Origin: Myxococcales bacterium
GTDB taxonomy: Bacteria > Desulfobacterota > Binatia > HRBIN30
Length of the DNA stretch: 59,028 bases
NCBI GenBank assembly: GCA_037445065.1
Contig: JBBILD010000023.1
Coordinates: forward strand, 1-59,028
Direction of reading: 5' to 3'
Shown: positions 8,332-19,865 of the stretch, piece after piece
How the letters are laid out: each line of letters starts with the position of its first letter
Position numbering within the stretch: the stretch's first letter is position 1
Translations under genes and position numbers: made by a program
Notes under the pieces: generated by a model
The model's input: only the letters and a program-made list of their open reading frames with translations
What the model was told of the DNA's origin: nothing
Databases searched by the model: none

Positions 8332-9147
8332 GTGGACCCGTTTCGAGGCCGGGTAGCTGTAATCACAGGTGGCGCGGGAGGGATTGGGCAGGCGCTCGCG
8401 GAGGCGTTTGCGGCCCGCGGCGCATCCTTGGTGCTGGCCGATTTGGATGCACAAGCACTGGCTTCGGTCGTGGAGCGCATGCGCGCCGCTGGGCACACGG
8501 TTACCGGGGTGGTTACCGATGTCACCCGGCGCGAGAGTGTCGAAGCGCTGGCCAAGGAGGCGGTGGCGCAATTCGGCAAGGTGCACATCGTCTGCAACAA
8601 CGCGGGTGTGGCTGTGTTCGGGCCGTTGCGCGAGGCACGGTACGAGGACTGGCAGTTCGCGATGGGCGTGAACTTTTGGGGTGTGGTGCATGGCGTGCAC
8701 GCGTTTCTCCCTCTCCTACTCGCGCACGCTGAGGGCGGGCACATCGTCAACACGGCCTCGATGGCGGGTTTGGTAGGGATGGAGTGGCTTGGGGTGTACT
8801 GCGCTTCCAAATTCGCGGTGGTCGGGCTCAGCGAGTCGCTGTATCGTGAACTCAAACCACTCGGCATCGGGGTAAGCGTGTTGTGCCCGATGATCGTGGA
8901 CACGCGCATCAATGAAAACTCGGTACGCCTGCGCCCGGCCGCCCTGCGGCCACCGGGAGTGGAGCCGGTGGTGCCGCCGGCGGAAGCGATGAAGGGCGGC
9001 GTGATTGCTCCGCAGGAGGTGGCGCGCCGGGTCGTGCGCGCCATCGAGCGCAAGGACCTCTACATCCTGACCCACCCCGAGCAACGTGAGTTTTTGCGCC
9101 GTCGGGCGGCGCGACTCGACCGCATGTTCGATCCCGATCTTTGGTGA
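8332..9147 (+). CDS. Short-chain dehydrogenase/reductase
   Basis: Motifs TGGAGGIG, NNAG and YCASK. GAGGAGG RBS before GTG 8332. Confidence 0.92.
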   Translation: MDPFRGRVAVITGGAGGIGQALAEAFAARGASLVLADLDAQALASVVERMRAAGHTVTGVVTDVTRRESVEALAKEAVAQFGKVHIVCNNAGVAVFGPLREARYEDWQFAMGVNFWGVVHGVHAFLPLLLAHAEGGHIVNTASMAGLVGMEWLGVYCASKFAVVGLSESLYRELKPLGIGVSVLCPMIVDTRINENSVRLRPAALRPPGVEPVVPPAEAMKGGVIAPQEVARRVVRAIERKDLYILTHPEQREFLRRRAARLDRMFDPDLW

Positions 9148-9169
9148 AAACGGTCTACAGGGAGGGAGC

Positions 9170-9937
9170 GTGAAGAACCTCTTCGATGTCTCAGGAAAGG
9201 TCGCTTTGGTCACCGGTGGCTCGCGCGGAATCGGGCTCATGATCGCGCGCGGTTTCGTGGAAAATGGTGCGCGGGTGTACATTTCTTCGCGTAAGAAGGA
9301 GGCGTGCGACCAAGTCGCGGCCGAGCTCTCGCGCCTGGGCACGTGCGTGTCGCTCCCGGCGGACCTTTCCACTGAGGCGGAATGCCGCCGCCTGGCAAGC
9401 GAGCTGGCGGCACGGGAGCCAGAACTGCATATCTTGGTGAACAATGCGGGAGCCAATTGGGGCGCGCCCCTACAAGAGTATCCGGACAGCGCGTGGGACA
9501 AGGTGTTGGCCTTGAATGTCAAAGCGGTGTTTCACCTCACCCGCGCGCTGCTGCCCCAACTGGAGGCGGCGGCGCGTGCGGGCGATCCGGCACGGGTCAT
9601 CAACATCGGCTCGATTGATGGCTTGCGCGTCCCCATGTTGGAGACCTACGCGTACTCGGCAAGCAAGGCCGCGGTGCACCACCTCACCCGCGTGCTGGCG
9701 GTGCAACTCGCTGCCCGCAACATCACCGTGAACGCGGTGGCTCCCGGCCCCTTCGAGAGCAAGATGATGGCTGCGACGCTCGAACGCTTTCGCGATGCGA
9801 TCGTGGCTGCCTGCCCCCTCGGCCGCATTGGCGAACCCGAGGACATGGCCGGCGTCGCCCTGTACTTGGCCTCTCGTGCGGCCGCGTACGTGACCGGCGC
9901 AGTGATCCCGGTTGACGGCGGATTGAGCCTACGCTGA
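9170..9937 (+). CDS. Short-chain dehydrogenase/reductase (RhlG-like)
   Basis: Motifs [17 protein letters not shown] and PVDGG. GGAGG RBS before GTG 9170. Confidence 0.92.
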   Translation: MKNLFDVSGKVALVTGGSRGIGLMIARGFVENGARVYISSRKKEACDQVAAELSRLGTCVSLPADLSTEAECRRLASELAAREPELHILVNNAGANWGAPLQEYPDSAWDKVLALNVKAVFHLTRALLPQLEAAARAGDPARVINIGSIDGLRVPMLETYAYSASKAAVHHLTRVLAVQLAARNITVNAVAPGPFESKMMAATLERFRDAIVAACPLGRIGEPEDMAGVALYLASRAAAYVTGAVIPVDGGLSLR

Positions 9938-9989
9938 AAGAGGATTGCGCTGCGCGCGAGGCGGGCCGAGGCAGGGTTGCCGAGCAGCG

Positions 9990-10478
9990 ATGGAGCGAGG
10001 CAAAGGCGAGATCGTGGTTCCTGTACGCAGGCTGCGGCCGGAGCGCGAGCCGCTGCTCCCGCTACCTGCCTATGCGACCGCCGGCGCCGCAGGGATGGAT
10101 TTGTACGCTGACCTCGATGAACCGATCGAGCTTCAGGTCGGTGCACGCTGCGCGGTGCCCACTGGCATCGCGATCGCCCTGCCGCCAGGGTATGAAGCTC
10201 AAGTGCGTCCACGCTCGGGATGGGCGCTGCATGCGGGGGTGACGCTGCTGAATAGCCCCGGTACCATTGATTCGGATTACCGGGGCGAAATTCAGGTAAT
10301 CGTGGTTAATCTGGGCTCCGCGCCGGTTCGGATCGAGCGGGGTGACCGCATTGCGCAACTGGTGATCGCCCCAGTGAGCCGCGTCCGTTGGCAAGAACTG
10401 GGAGAGCTGCCGGACACCGAGCGCGGAAGTGGGGGGTTCGGCCACACGGGAGGCGCAGGTGGCTTGGGCGGCAGGTGA
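9990..10478 (+). CDS. dut: dUTP diphosphatase
   Basis: Motifs [20 protein letters not shown] and [10 protein letters not shown]. Confidence 0.95.
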   Translation: MERGKGEIVVPVRRLRPEREPLLPLPAYATAGAAGMDLYADLDEPIELQVGARCAVPTGIAIALPPGYEAQVRPRSGWALHAGVTLLNSPGTIDSDYRGEIQVIVVNLGSAPVRIERGDRIAQLVIAPVSRVRWQELGELPDTERGSGGFGHTGGAGGLGGR

Positions 10479-10628
10479 GGACGGACGGCAAGCAGGCTGA
10501 CGTGGTGTGGCAGGCAAGCTAGATTGCCTGCATCTTGGTTCTGCTTGTGGCTTTTCGGCCAAGGCAGACACGGTGGGAGTGGCGGCCGCCTTCAGTTCAA
10601 AAGGACAATACGAGCGGAGTGTTCGTGC

Positions 10629-11339
10629 ATGACGAAGGGCAAGCTTTTGTACGAGGGAAAAGCCAAGCAGATCTTTGCCACCGAGGATCCAGACTTGGTC
10701 ATCCAGCGCTTCAAAGACGATGCGACCGCTTTCAACGCCCAGAAGCGAGGTTCGATCGAAGGCAAGGGGATCTTCAACAACGCCATCAGCGCCACCTTGT
10801 TCGAACTGCTCACTCGCCACGGCATTCCCAACCATTTCGTGCGGCGCCTGAACGAGCGCGAGATGTTGGTCCAACGCGTGCGGATCGTTCCGGTGGAAAT
10901 GGTGGTGCGCAACATCGTCGCCGGCAGCTTGGCCAAGCGCTTGGGCTTGGAAGAGGGCCGGGAATTACCCCGGCCAATTTTAGAGTACTATTACAAAAGC
11001 GATGCCCTAGGAGACCCGATGATCAATCAGTGGCACATTACCGTGCTGGGCATGGCGAGCGAGGCCGAGCTGCAGCGCATGGATGAGCTTGCCTTGCGCG
11101 TCAACGAGATCTTGCGCAGCTTTTTTCAAGAGCGCTCGCTGCTGCTCGTGGACTTCAAACTCGAGTTCGGCCGTTTCCATGGGGATCTCTTGCTGGCCGA
11201 TGAGATCAGCCCAGACACCTGCCGGTTTTGGGACGCGCACACGCGCGAAAAGCTCGACAAGGATCGCTTTCGTTTCGACTTGGGGCAGGTAGAACAAGCG
11301 TATGCGGAAGTGCACCGCCGCGTTTGCGGCAGCGCTTGA
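10629..11339 (+). CDS. purC: SAICAR synthetase
   Basis: Motifs [22 protein letters not shown] and LDKDRFR. Confidence 0.96.
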   Translation: MTKGKLLYEGKAKQIFATEDPDLVIQRFKDDATAFNAQKRGSIEGKGIFNNAISATLFELLTRHGIPNHFVRRLNEREMLVQRVRIVPVEMVVRNIVAGSLAKRLGLEEGRELPRPILEYYYKSDALGDPMINQWHITVLGMASEAELQRMDELALRVNEILRSFFQERSLLLVDFKLEFGRFHGDLLLADEISPDTCRFWDAHTREKLDKDRFRFDLGQVEQAYAEVHRRVCGSA

Positions 11340-11349
11340 GGAGGGCGAG

Positions 11350-11595
11350 GTGCGAGTACACGTGATCGTAACCCCGAAGCGAGAAGTGCTGGATCCGCAA
11401 GGGCAGGCGGTAGCGCATTCGCTGCACGCGCTCGGCTTCGCGGAAGTGCAAGAGGTGCGGATCGGGAAGTTCATCGAACTCGAGATCGAAGAATCGGATC
11501 GCCAGCGTGCAGCGGCTCGGGTAGAGGAAATGTGCCGGCGGTTGCTGGCCAACGGTGTGATCGAGGACTTCCGTTTTCAGATCGAGGGAGCGTGA
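11350..11595 (+). CDS. purS: FGAM synthase subunit PurS
   Basis: Motifs VLDPQG, VRIGK and LLANGVIEDF. Lies between purC and purQ. Confidence 0.93.
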   Translation: MRVHVIVTPKREVLDPQGQAVAHSLHALGFAEVQEVRIGKFIELEIEESDRQRAAARVEEMCRRLLANGVIEDFRFQIEGA

Positions 11596-12326
11596 TGCGC
11601 TGGGGGGTTGTGATCTTTCCCGGGTCGAATGATGATCAAGACGCCCTTTGGGCGATCGAGCAGGTGCTGGGGGAAACCGCCGTCCCCCTCTGGCACAAAG
11701 AGCGGGACCTCAAAGGGGTGGATCTTGTCCTCCTGCCCGGGGGCTTTTCCTTCGGCGATTACTTGCGCTGCGGAGCCCTGGCGCGCTTTTCCCCGGTGAT
11801 GGATAGCGTCATCCAGTTCGCCCGCGCGGGCGGGCTGGTGTGGGGGATTTGCAACGGTTTTCAGGTGCTCTGCGAAGCGGGGCTGTTACCGGGTGCGCTG
11901 GTGCGCAACCGTTCGCGGCGCTTCGTGTGCGGCATGGTCAATGTGCGCGTGGAAACCACCGACACTCCGTTCACGCGCTTGTGCCGCCGGGGCGAGGTGC
12001 TGGAAATCCCCATCAAACACGGCGAGGGCTGTTACGTCGCAGACGCGCAGACGCTGCAGCGCCTGGAGGAAAACCACCAAGTGGTGCTGCGGTATGTGGA
12101 TGCCACTGGGCGTGCGGTCGAGGAAGCCAACCCAAACGGGTCCCTGCGCAACATTGCGGGTGTGGTCAACCACACCCGCAACGTGTTCGGGCTCATGCCG
12201 CACCCGGAGCACGCAGTAGAAAAATGGATGGGTAGCGACGACGGGCTCAAGTTGTTCCAATCGGTGCTGTCTGCTCAGCGGCAAGCGGGCAGCACTGAGT
12301 CGGCCGCTGTGGTACCGGGGCACTGA
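11595..12326 (+). CDS. purQ: FGAM synthase glutaminase subunit PurQ
   Basis: Motifs [23 protein letters not shown] and MPHPE. Confidence 0.96.
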   Translation: MRWGVVIFPGSNDDQDALWAIEQVLGETAVPLWHKERDLKGVDLVLLPGGFSFGDYLRCGALARFSPVMDSVIQFARAGGLVWGICNGFQVLCEAGLLPGALVRNRSRRFVCGMVNVRVETTDTPFTRLCRRGEVLEIPIKHGEGCYVADAQTLQRLEENHQVVLRYVDATGRAVEEANPNGSLRNIAGVVNHTRNVFGLMPHPEHAVEKWMGSDDGLKLFQSVLSAQRQAGSTESAAVVPGH

Positions 12327-12329
12327 ATC

Positions 12330-14582
12330 ATGGATCTGGACAAGCTGCTACGCCCCGTAGATGAGTACCACGCGGTCGAGCACGGGCTCACCCCGGAGGA
12401 GTTCGAGCTGCTTTGCCGCAAGCTCGGCCGCCCACCGAACCTCGTGGAGCTGGGCGTGGTTTCGGTGATGTGGTCCGAACACTGCAGCTACAAAAGCTCG
12501 CGCGTGCACTTGAAGAAGCTTCCCACTCATGGGCCGCGGGTTCTTCAGGGGCCGGGCGAAAACGCGGGAGTGGTGGACATCGGCGACGGCTTGGCCGTGG
12601 TCTTCAAAATGGAAAGTCACAACCATCCCTCGTATGTGGAGCCCTATCAGGGAGCCGCCACAGGCGTGGGAGGGATCCTGCGCGACGTTTTTACCATGGG
12701 CGCGCGGCCGATCGCCTCGCTCGATTCTTTGCGTTTCGGGAGCTTCGATCACCCTCGGACCCGCTACTTGCTCTCCGGGGTGGTGGGCGGAATCGGGGGC
12801 TATGGCAACTGCGTGGGAGTGCCGACCGTGGGCGGCGAGACCTACTTCGACTCGGGCTATGATCTCAACATCCTGGTCAATGCGTTCACCCTGGGCGTGG
12901 TCGAGAAAGACCGCATTTTTCGCGCCCGCGCCGCGGGTCCGGGCAATCCGATCATGTACGTTGGCGCCAAGACTGGCCGCGACGGAATTCACGGCGCCAG
13001 CCTCCTCGCCTCGGCCGAATTCCGGGGTGAGGCAGAGGACAAGCGGCCTACCGTACAGGTGGGCGACCCGTTCACCGAAAAGCTCCTGCTGGAGGCGTGC
13101 CTCGAACTCATGGCGCACGACGCAATCGTGGCGATCCAAGACATGGGAGCGGCGGGGTTGACCAGTTCGAGCGCCGAGATGGCAGCGCGGGGAGGCACGG
13201 GGGTGTGGCTCGATCTGGACCGTGTGCCGACCCGGGCCGCAGGCATGACTCCGTACGAGATCCTTCTCTCGGAGTCGCAAGAGCGCATGTTGCTGGTTGC
13301 ACAAGCGGGCAAGGAAGAGGTGGTCCGCGAGGTGTTCCGCAAGTGGGACCTGGACGCGGTGGTCATTGGCCAAGTCACCGATGATGGTTTGTTCCGTGCC
13401 CAGTTTGCGGGCCGCGAAGTGGTGCGCCTGCCGGTCCGCCTGCTTGCCGACGACGCCCCGCTCTACGAGCGCCCGGTGCGCGTCCCGGCCGATCTCGAAG
13501 AGCGCCAGACCTTGCGCTTCGAAGACATTGCGCCGCCCGAGGACTGGAATCAGGCACTGCTCGCCATGCTCGATTCCCCCAACCTGGCAAGCAAAGCCTG
13601 GATTTATTCGCAGTACGACTTCCTCGTGCGCGGCAACACCGTGGTTGGCCCAGGCTCCGATGCGGCTGTGCTGCGCATCAAGGGAACCGACAAAGGCATT
13701 GCCGTGAGCGTGGATTGCAACAGCCGGTACTGCCTGCAAGACCCGTACGTGGGCGCGGTCATCGCCGTAGCCGAGGCGGCCCGCAACGTGAGTTGCGCCG
13801 GTGCAGAGCCAATCGGCCTGACCGACTGCTTGAACTTTGGCAGCCCCGAAAAACCCGAGGTGATGTGGCAGTTCGAACAGGCCGTTTGCGGCATCCGCGA
13901 CGCATGCGTGGCGCTGGAGGTCCCGGTGGTGAGCGGCAATGTGAGCTTTTACAACGAAACCGAGGGTCGCTCGATCCCGCCCACACCCACCATTGCCATG
14001 GTTGGGCTGCTTCCCAACGTGCGACACTTTGCCACGCAGTGGTTCAAGGAAGAAGGGGACGTCATCGTGTTGCTGGGGAGGACCCGGGAAGAGCTGGGTG
14101 CTTCGGAGTACCTGGCTTGGGTCCACGGCAGAGTGGCTGGCGTACCTCCGTGGATTGACCTGGCGCTGGAGAAGAAGGTCCAGCAGGTGGTGCGGCGCGC
14201 CGTGCAAGACGGCTTGGTGCGCTCGGCGCACGACGTCAGTGAAGGAGGTCTGGCGGTCGCCCTGGCCGAGTGCTGCATGAGCCGCCCGGGTGCCGCCATG
14301 GGCGCCGAGGTAGATCTACCGATCGAAGGCATGCGCGTGGACGCCTTGCTGTTTGGCGAGAGCCAATCGCGCGTCATTCTTTCCCTGCACCGCCGACACG
14401 TGGCGCGGGTGCGCGACTTGGCGACTGCGGCCGGAGTTCCGTTCGTGGCGATCGGTGAGGTAGGCGGGCGCCGCTTGGTGATCCGGCCGTGGATCGATGT
14501 GCCGGTGGAGGAGCTGCGCCGGGTGTGGGGCCAAGCCCTTGCGCGCCGAGCTGAGGTGGCAACGGGTGCGGCAGCAGGGTAG
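12330..14582 (+). CDS. purL: FGAM synthase subunit PurL (small type)
   Basis: Motifs [24 protein letters not shown] and SESQERM. Confidence 0.97.
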   Translation: MDLDKLLRPVDEYHAVEHGLTPEEFELLCRKLGRPPNLVELGVVSVMWSEHCSYKSSRVHLKKLPTHGPRVLQGPGENAGVVDIGDGLAVVFKMESHNHPSYVEPYQGAATGVGGILRDVFTMGARPIASLDSLRFGSFDHPRTRYLLSGVVGGIGGYGNCVGVPTVGGETYFDSGYDLNILVNAFTLGVVEKDRIFRARAAGPGNPIMYVGAKTGRDGIHGASLLASAEFRGEAEDKRPTVQVGDPFTEKLLLEACLELMAHDAIVAIQDMGAAGLTSSSAEMAARGGTGVWLDLDRVPTRAAGMTPYEILLSESQERMLLVAQAGKEEVVREVFRKWDLDAVVIGQVTDDGLFRAQFAGREVVRLPVRLLADDAPLYERPVRVPADLEERQTLRFEDIAPPEDWNQALLAMLDSPNLASKAWIYSQYDFLVRGNTVVGPGSDAAVLRIKGTDKGIAVSVDCNSRYCLQDPYVGAVIAVAEAARNVSCAGAEPIGLTDCLNFGSPEKPEVMWQFEQAVCGIRDACVALEVPVVSGNVSFYNETEGRSIPPTPTIAMVGLLPNVRHFATQWFKEEGDVIVLLGRTREELGASEYLAWVHGRVAGVPPWIDLALEKKVQQVVRRAVQDGLVRSAHDVSEGGLAVALAECCMSRPGAAMGAEVDLPIEGMRVDALLFGESQSRVILSLHRRHVARVRDLATAAGVPFVAIGEVGGRRLVIRPWIDVPVEELRRVWGQALARRAEVATGAAAG

Positions 14583-14591
14583 GGGAATCCA

Positions 14592-16028
14592 GTGATGACA
14601 GGCGAGGAGTTCACCGCTCGCGCATGGCAGGAAAAGTGTGGCGTGGTCGGGGTGTTCGGTCATCCCGAAGCTGCCAACCTGGTGTACCTGAGCTTGTACG
14701 CGCTCCAGCACCGCGGCCAGGAGGGAGCGGGCATCGTTTCGGCACACGAGGGGGTGCTGCTGTCGCATCGCGGGCTCGGGCTGGTGGCGGACATATTTCC
14801 GGAAAGCATCATTCGCCAGCTCAAGGGGTCAGCGGCGATTGGTCATAACCGGTACTCCACATCAGGGCAGACCTTGCTCAAAAACACGCAGCCCTTTGTG
14901 GTCGAGTACGGCCGCGGCGGGCTGGCGGTGGCGCACAACGGCAACTTGGTCAACGCCCTCGAGCTACGCGAGCGGCTGGAGGCGCAAGGCTCGATTTTCC
15001 AGTCCAACGTCGACACGGAAGTGATCATTCACTTGATCGCGAGCGCGCGGGGGGAATCCCTGGTGGAGCGCATTTGCGCGGCGCTCGCCCAGGTACGCGG
15101 GGCGTACTCGCTGGTGTTTCTGACTCCCAACGAATTGGTGGTGGCGCGCGATCCGCACGGGTTTCGGCCGCTCGTCCTTGGGCGCATTCGCGAAGGTTGG
15201 ATCGCTGCTTCCGAGACCTGTGCCTTCGACCTGATCGGTGCTTCGTACGAACGCGAGATCGAGCCTGGGGAAGTGCTGCGCATTTCCAGCCAAGGGTTGC
15301 AAAGCGCACATCCGTTTCCCCGTGCGCCGGGCGCTGCCTGTGTGTTCGAGTACGTGTATTTCTCGCGCCCGGATAGCCGCGTGTTCGGCCGTAACGTTTA
15401 CGAGATTCGCAAAGAACTGGGCCGCCAGCTTGCGCGCGAACAGCCAGCGGATGGCGACATTGTGGTGCCCGTGCCCGACTCCGGTGTGCCGGCAGCACTG
15501 GGGTATGCGGAAGAGTCAGGACTGCCCTTCGAGATGGGGCTGATCCGTAACCACTACGTGGGCCGTACCTTCATCGAGCCGCAGGAATCGATCCGGCACT
15601 TCGGGGTGCGGGTCAAGCTCAACGCCCAGGCTGATGTGCTGCGTGGCAAGCGCGTGGTGATCGTGGACGACTCGATCGTGCGCGGGACGACCAGCAAGAA
15701 AATCGTGCAAATGGTGCGGCAGGCCGGTGCGACGGCGGTGCACATGCGCATTAGTTCGCCGCCCACCATCGGTTCGTGCTTTTATGGGGTGGACACGCCA
15801 ACCACCGAAGAACTCATCGCCTCGCAATTGCCGGTGGAAGAAATCTGCAAGTTCATCACCGCCGACAGCCTGGGCTACTTGAGCGAGCAGGGTCTCTTTG
15901 CGTTCGCTCACGGCAACCCAGCAGGATTTTGCGCTGCCTGTTTTACCCGGCGCTACCCGGTGCCAGTCCCCGACCAAGGGCGCAAAAACCAGCTCTGGCT
16001 GTTCGAGGTGGCAGAACTCGCCCGCTAA
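14592..16028 (+). CDS. purF: Amidophosphoribosyltransferase
   Basis: Short propeptide followed by CGVVG, then LQHRGQE, VPVPDSG and [10 protein letters not shown]. Confidence 0.97.
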   Translation: MMTGEEFTARAWQEKCGVVGVFGHPEAANLVYLSLYALQHRGQEGAGIVSAHEGVLLSHRGLGLVADIFPESIIRQLKGSAAIGHNRYSTSGQTLLKNTQPFVVEYGRGGLAVAHNGNLVNALELRERLEAQGSIFQSNVDTEVIIHLIASARGESLVERICAALAQVRGAYSLVFLTPNELVVARDPHGFRPLVLGRIREGWIAASETCAFDLIGASYEREIEPGEVLRISSQGLQSAHPFPRAPGAACVFEYVYFSRPDSRVFGRNVYEIRKELGRQLAREQPADGDIVVPVPDSGVPAALGYAEESGLPFEMGLIRNHYVGRTFIEPQESIRHFGVRVKLNAQADVLRGKRVVIVDDSIVRGTTSKKIVQMVRQAGATAVHMRISSPPTIGSCFYGVDTPTTEELIASQLPVEEICKFITADSLGYLSEQGLFAFAHGNPAGFCAACFTRRYPVPVPDQGRKNQLWLFEVAELAR

Positions 16029-16107
16029 CGCCAAGCTGGCCGTTAGCACCGCCGTTGCTGGCTGCTTGCAAGCAGCCCGGCTTCCGGTTTTAGGTAACGT
16101 CTCTCCC

Positions 16108-16599
16108 ATGAAATGCCCGTTTTGCCAGCACCCAGAAAACCACGTGATCGACTCGCGTGTGGGGCGCGACGGGCGCAGCATCCGCCGGCGCCGCGTCTGC
16201 CAGCGCTGCAAGCGCCGCTTTACCACCTATGAGCGGGTGGAGGAGATTTTGCCGGTGGTGGTGAAAAAGGATGGCCGGCGCGAACCTTACGATCGGCAAA
16301 AGGTGCTGGCTGGCCTCAAGAAGGCATGCGAAAAACGCCCGGTCAGCACGAGCGCCATCGAACAAGCCGTGGATCGGATCGAGCAGTGGTTGCAGGAACG
16401 CGGCGAAAAGGAGGTGCCGAGTTCTCTGATCGGTGAAGCCGCGATGCGCGAGCTGCACCGGCTCGATCAAGTCGCCTACGTTCGCTTTGCCTCCGTGTAC
16501 CGGGAGTTCAAGGACGTGGACGAGTTCATGCGCGAACTCAAGCGGCTCATGAAGGGCCGCCGTACCGCTCGCAAGGGAGGGCGGGGCGGGCACGCGTAG
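16108..16599 (+). CDS. nrdR: Transcriptional repressor NrdR
   Basis: MKCPFC, IRRRRVC..C, RFTTYE, ATP-cone and AYVRFASVY. Confidence 0.96.
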   Translation: MKCPFCQHPENHVIDSRVGRDGRSIRRRRVCQRCKRRFTTYERVEEILPVVVKKDGRREPYDRQKVLAGLKKACEKRPVSTSAIEQAVDRIEQWLQERGEKEVPSSLIGEAAMRELHRLDQVAYVRFASVYREFKDVDEFMRELKRLMKGRRTARKGGRGGHA

Positions 16600-16614
16600 C
16601 GCAGGAGCCAACGA

Positions 16615-17727
16615 ATGGCGCACTCCAGCGACCCGCGGGCTGTTCTCGATCGAAAACTCATGCAGCTTGCCCTGCGCCTGGCGCGGCGCGGGGTTGGCCG
16701 CACCCGCCCGAACCCACCGGTCGGAGCAGTGGTGGCACACAATGGGGAGGTGGTGGGCCGCGGCTTCCACCGCCGCGCCGGCCTGCCCCACGCGGAAGTG
16801 GAGGCCCTGCGTGAGGCGGGAGAGCGGGCGCGGGGAGGAACACTCTACGTCACGCTCGAGCCGTGCAACCACACCGGGCGGACCCCGCCCTGTACCGAGG
16901 CCATCTTGGCGGCTGGCATCCGCCGCGTCGTGGTGGGTGTGCGCGACCCCAATCCTGGCGTGCGTGGGGGAGGGGTAAACGTCCTCAGGCAAGCCGGAAT
17001 CGAGGTCGTGGAGGGGATCGAGGGGGAGCGCTGCGCTGAACTCGTGGCTCCGTTTCGCAAGTGGGTGACCAGTGGCCGGCCATGGGTGACGCTCAAGATC
17101 GCCGCCTCGCTGGACGGCAAAATTGCGACCGCGACCGGTGACTCCCGCTGGATCACGAATGAACGGAGCCGCCGTTACGTGCACCGCCTGCGTGACGAGC
17201 ACGACGCGGTTTTGGTCGGTGCCGGCACGGTGCTGGCCGACGATCCAGAGCTGACTTGCCGGCGCCGTGGCGGGCGCAACCCCCTGCGCGTCATCCTCGA
17301 CGGCCGCCTGCGCTCGCCGCTTACCGCGCGGGTGTTCGACACCGAGAAGGCTGCCACACTGGTGCTGACGTCTGCGGTAGCGCCGGCGCGCAAACGCGCG
17401 CAACTGCAGGCGCGCGGCGTCGAGGTGGAAGAGGTGGGCGCGCATGCCTGCCTCGAGTGGGAAGCCGTGCTCGGCGCCCTCGGCCGCCGCGGCGTGCTCG
17501 CTGTACTGGTGGAAGGCGGGGCGCAAGTGGCGGCGCAGGCGCTCCGCCAAGGTGGCGTAGATCGCCTTTTGCTTTTCCTTGCGCCTCTCCTCATTGGCGG
17601 TGACGGGCGGCCGTGGCTGGCGAGCTTAGGTGTGCGCACAATTGCCGAGGCTCTGCGCCTGCCGGAACTGGAAGTGCGCCGATTTGCAGGGGACATCCTG
17701 GTTGCTACACAGTGGCGCGCCGCATGA
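16615..17727 (+). CDS. ribD: Riboflavin biosynthesis deaminase/reductase
   Basis: Motifs PNPPVGAV, HAE, TLEPCNHTGRTPPC, SLDGKIA and VEGG. Confidence 0.96.
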   Translation: MAHSSDPRAVLDRKLMQLALRLARRGVGRTRPNPPVGAVVAHNGEVVGRGFHRRAGLPHAEVEALREAGERARGGTLYVTLEPCNHTGRTPPCTEAILAAGIRRVVVGVRDPNPGVRGGGVNVLRQAGIEVVEGIEGERCAELVAPFRKWVTSGRPWVTLKIAASLDGKIATATGDSRWITNERSRRYVHRLRDEHDAVLVGAGTVLADDPELTCRRRGGRNPLRVILDGRLRSPLTARVFDTEKAATLVLTSAVAPARKRAQLQARGVEVEEVGAHACLEWEAVLGALGRRGVLAVLVEGGAQVAAQALRQGGVDRLLLFLAPLLIGGDGRPWLASLGVRTIAEALRLPELEVRRFAGDILVATQWRAA

Positions 17728-18938
17728 CACGGGAGTCGCTCGACTCAGTTCTAGCCGCTTTGCGCCGCGGCCAAATCGTAATTCTCTCGGATCCGCAAGA
17801 GAGCGAGGCTGTGCTCTGCCTGGCGGCGCAGTTTGTCACGCCAGAGGCGGTGAACTTCCTGACCCGCCATGGACGCGGGTTGGTCGAACTGGTGATGACC
17901 CGCCAGCGCATGCAGCAATTGGGGATCCCGCTGCTCGGCGACGAGAAGGGCAAAGTGCGCAAGCGCTTCGGCGCCTCGATCGAAGCGCGCCGTGGCGTGA
18001 CCACCGGCATTTCCGCTGCCGACCGCGCCGCCACCATTCGTGCGGCTGCAGCCGACAAGGCCACCGCGGATGATTTGGTGATGCCCGGGCATGTGTTCCC
18101 CGTACTCGCGCAAGACGGCGGCGTGCTGGCCAAGCGCTCCCTGCCCGAAGCGGCGCTCGACTTGGTTCGCCTAGCGGGTTTGCGCCCGCTGGCGGTGATC
18201 TGTGAGGTGCTGGACGAAGCCGGCAACCTCGCCACCGAGCCGGACCTCCAAGCCTTGGCCGAGCTGTTCTCGCTTCCTCTGGTGAGCGTGGATGAGGTGG
18301 TATCGCACCGCATGCGCGAGGACGTTCTCGTGCAGCGCGCTGTGGACGTGCCGATTGTCACCGCCTTTGGCACGAAGTTTCGCATGGTGGTGTACCGCAG
18401 CGAGATTGACCGGCATGAGCATATCGCGGTCATCAAAGGCCGCTGGAAGGCAAGCGAGGGGGTGTTGGTCCGCATTCACTCGGAGTGCCTGACGGGCGAT
18501 GTGTTCGGCTCGCTACGCTGTGACTGCGGGGAGCAGTTACGCGGCGCTCTCGAGGCCATTGACCGCGCTGGCCGCGGCGTGCTGGTATATATGCAACAGG
18601 AGGGGCGCGGAATCGGGCTTGCCAACAAGATCCGCGCGTATGCCTTACAGGACCGCGGGCTCGACACCGTGCAAGCCAACCTCGAACTGGGCTTCGAAGA
18701 CGATAGCCGCGACTACGGCATTGCGGCGCAAATCCTGCGCGATTTGGGTATATCCCGCGTGCGCTTGCTCACCAACAACCCGCGCAAGCTCGAAGGCTTG
18801 GCCCATTACGGGCTCCAGGTGGTGGAGCGCGTGCCCCTGGAGGTGAAGCCGCACGAGGGCAATTTGCACTACCTCAAAACCAAGCGCGAGAAACTCGGCC
18901 ACTTGCTGAGCGTGCTGAGCGCGGACAAGGAGAGCTGA
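17724..18938 (+). CDS. ribBA: RibBA fusion: intact GTP cyclohydrolase II, degenerate DHBP synthase domain
   Basis: RibA motifs RIHSECLTGDVFGSLRCDC, QEGRGIGL and TNNP are intact. RibB fold motifs TTGISAADR and PGHVFP are present, but RENEGD and GHTE are absent. Confidence 0.9.
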   Translation: MTRESLDSVLAALRRGQIVILSDPQESEAVLCLAAQFVTPEAVNFLTRHGRGLVELVMTRQRMQQLGIPLLGDEKGKVRKRFGASIEARRGVTTGISAADRAATIRAAAADKATADDLVMPGHVFPVLAQDGGVLAKRSLPEAALDLVRLAGLRPLAVICEVLDEAGNLATEPDLQALAELFSLPLVSVDEVVSHRMREDVLVQRAVDVPIVTAFGTKFRMVVYRSEIDRHEHIAVIKGRWKASEGVLVRIHSECLTGDVFGSLRCDCGEQLRGALEAIDRAGRGVLVYMQQEGRGIGLANKIRAYALQDRGLDTVQANLELGFEDDSRDYGIAAQILRDLGISRVRLLTNNPRKLEGLAHYGLQVVERVPLEVKPHEGNLHYLKTKREKLGHLLSVLSADKES

Positions 18939-18941
18939 GCC

Positions 18942-19409
18942 GTGCCCGTCGAGCACCGAGCGCAACCGAGGGGAGAGGGGGCGCGAGTGGGCATCGTGGT
19001 GTCGCGCTTCAACGAAGTGGTGACCGAGCGCTTGCTGCGCGGTGCCTTGCGCGCACTGGCCGAGGCGGGGGTTGCGGACGAGCGCATCGAAGTCGTGTAC
19101 GTCCCGGGTGCCTTCGAAATTCCGTTGTTTGCCGAGCTACTGGCAAGCCGCGGTTGTTTCGCAGCGCTGGTGTGCTTGGGCGCCATCGTTCGTGGCGAGA
19201 CTCAGCACCACGACTACCTAGCGCGGGCCGTGTTCCAAGCGTTGCAAGAGATCCAAGTGTCTCGCCACGTCCCTATGGGCGTCGGGATCCTCACCACCGA
19301 AGACCTCGCACAGGCGCTGGCGCGAGCTGGGGACGACCCTGGCAACAAGGGCTACGAGGCGGCGCGCGTGGCGCTCGAGTGCGCGAGTTTGCATCGCGAG
19401 TTGGGCTGA
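18942..19409 (+). CDS. ribH: 6,7-dimethyl-8-ribityllumazine synthase
   Basis: Motifs VVSRFN, VPGAFEIP, RGETQH and NKGYEAA. Confidence 0.95.
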   Translation: MPVEHRAQPRGEGARVGIVVSRFNEVVTERLLRGALRALAEAGVADERIEVVYVPGAFEIPLFAELLASRGCFAALVCLGAIVRGETQHHDYLARAVFQALQEIQVSRHVPMGVGILTTEDLAQALARAGDDPGNKGYEAARVALECASLHRELG

Positions 19410-19418
19410 GGGAGAACC

Positions 19419-19856
19419 ATGGGGATGCGCCGGCGAGGCCGCGAGTTGGCCATGCAAGCGTTGTATCAGATCGAGGTGACGGGCCGGTACGATCCGGTCG
19501 CCATCGCTGCGTGCTGGGAGTCTGCAAAAGCGGGAGAGGAGGCGCGCCGCTTTGCCAGCGAACTGCTGCGTGGAGTGCGCGAGCGGCAGGTGGAGATTGA
19601 CCACCTCATTGCTCAGGCCGCCGAAAACTGGCGGCTCGAGCGCATGGCGGCGGTGGACCTGTGTATCTTGCGCGTGGCAACGTACGAACTGCTGTCGAGC
19701 GAGGTGCCCATGACCGCTGTGATCATCAACGAGGCGATCGAAATCGCCAAGCGCTTCGGCTCGAAGGACTCGCCCGTGTTTGTCAATGGCGTGCTCGACC
19801 GGATCGCGGCTGTGCTCGGAGTCAAAGAGCCGGCCGCGCGGTCCGACCAGGAGTGA
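19419..19856 (+). CDS. nusB: Transcription antitermination factor NusB
   Basis: Motifs RRRGRELAMQALYQ, INEAIEIAKRF and FVNGVLD. Confidence 0.95.
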   Translation: MGMRRRGRELAMQALYQIEVTGRYDPVAIAACWESAKAGEEARRFASELLRGVRERQVEIDHLIAQAAENWRLERMAAVDLCILRVATYELLSSEVPMTAVIINEAIEIAKRFGSKDSPVFVNGVLDRIAAVLGVKEPAARSDQE

Positions 19857-19865
19857 GGCGCAGCA

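Noticed and set aside
10479..10628. Possible purine, ZTP or PRPP riboswitch before purC (two hairpins, e.g. GCAGGCAA/TTGCCTGC)
   Set aside because: I cannot match the conserved cores of these riboswitch classes; an Rfam scan would be needed.
12348..14231. Long antisense ORFs (also 20505-22217, 36098-38197, 44682-45995 and others)
   Set aside because: Shadows of high-GC3 genes on the opposite strand, with no motifs.
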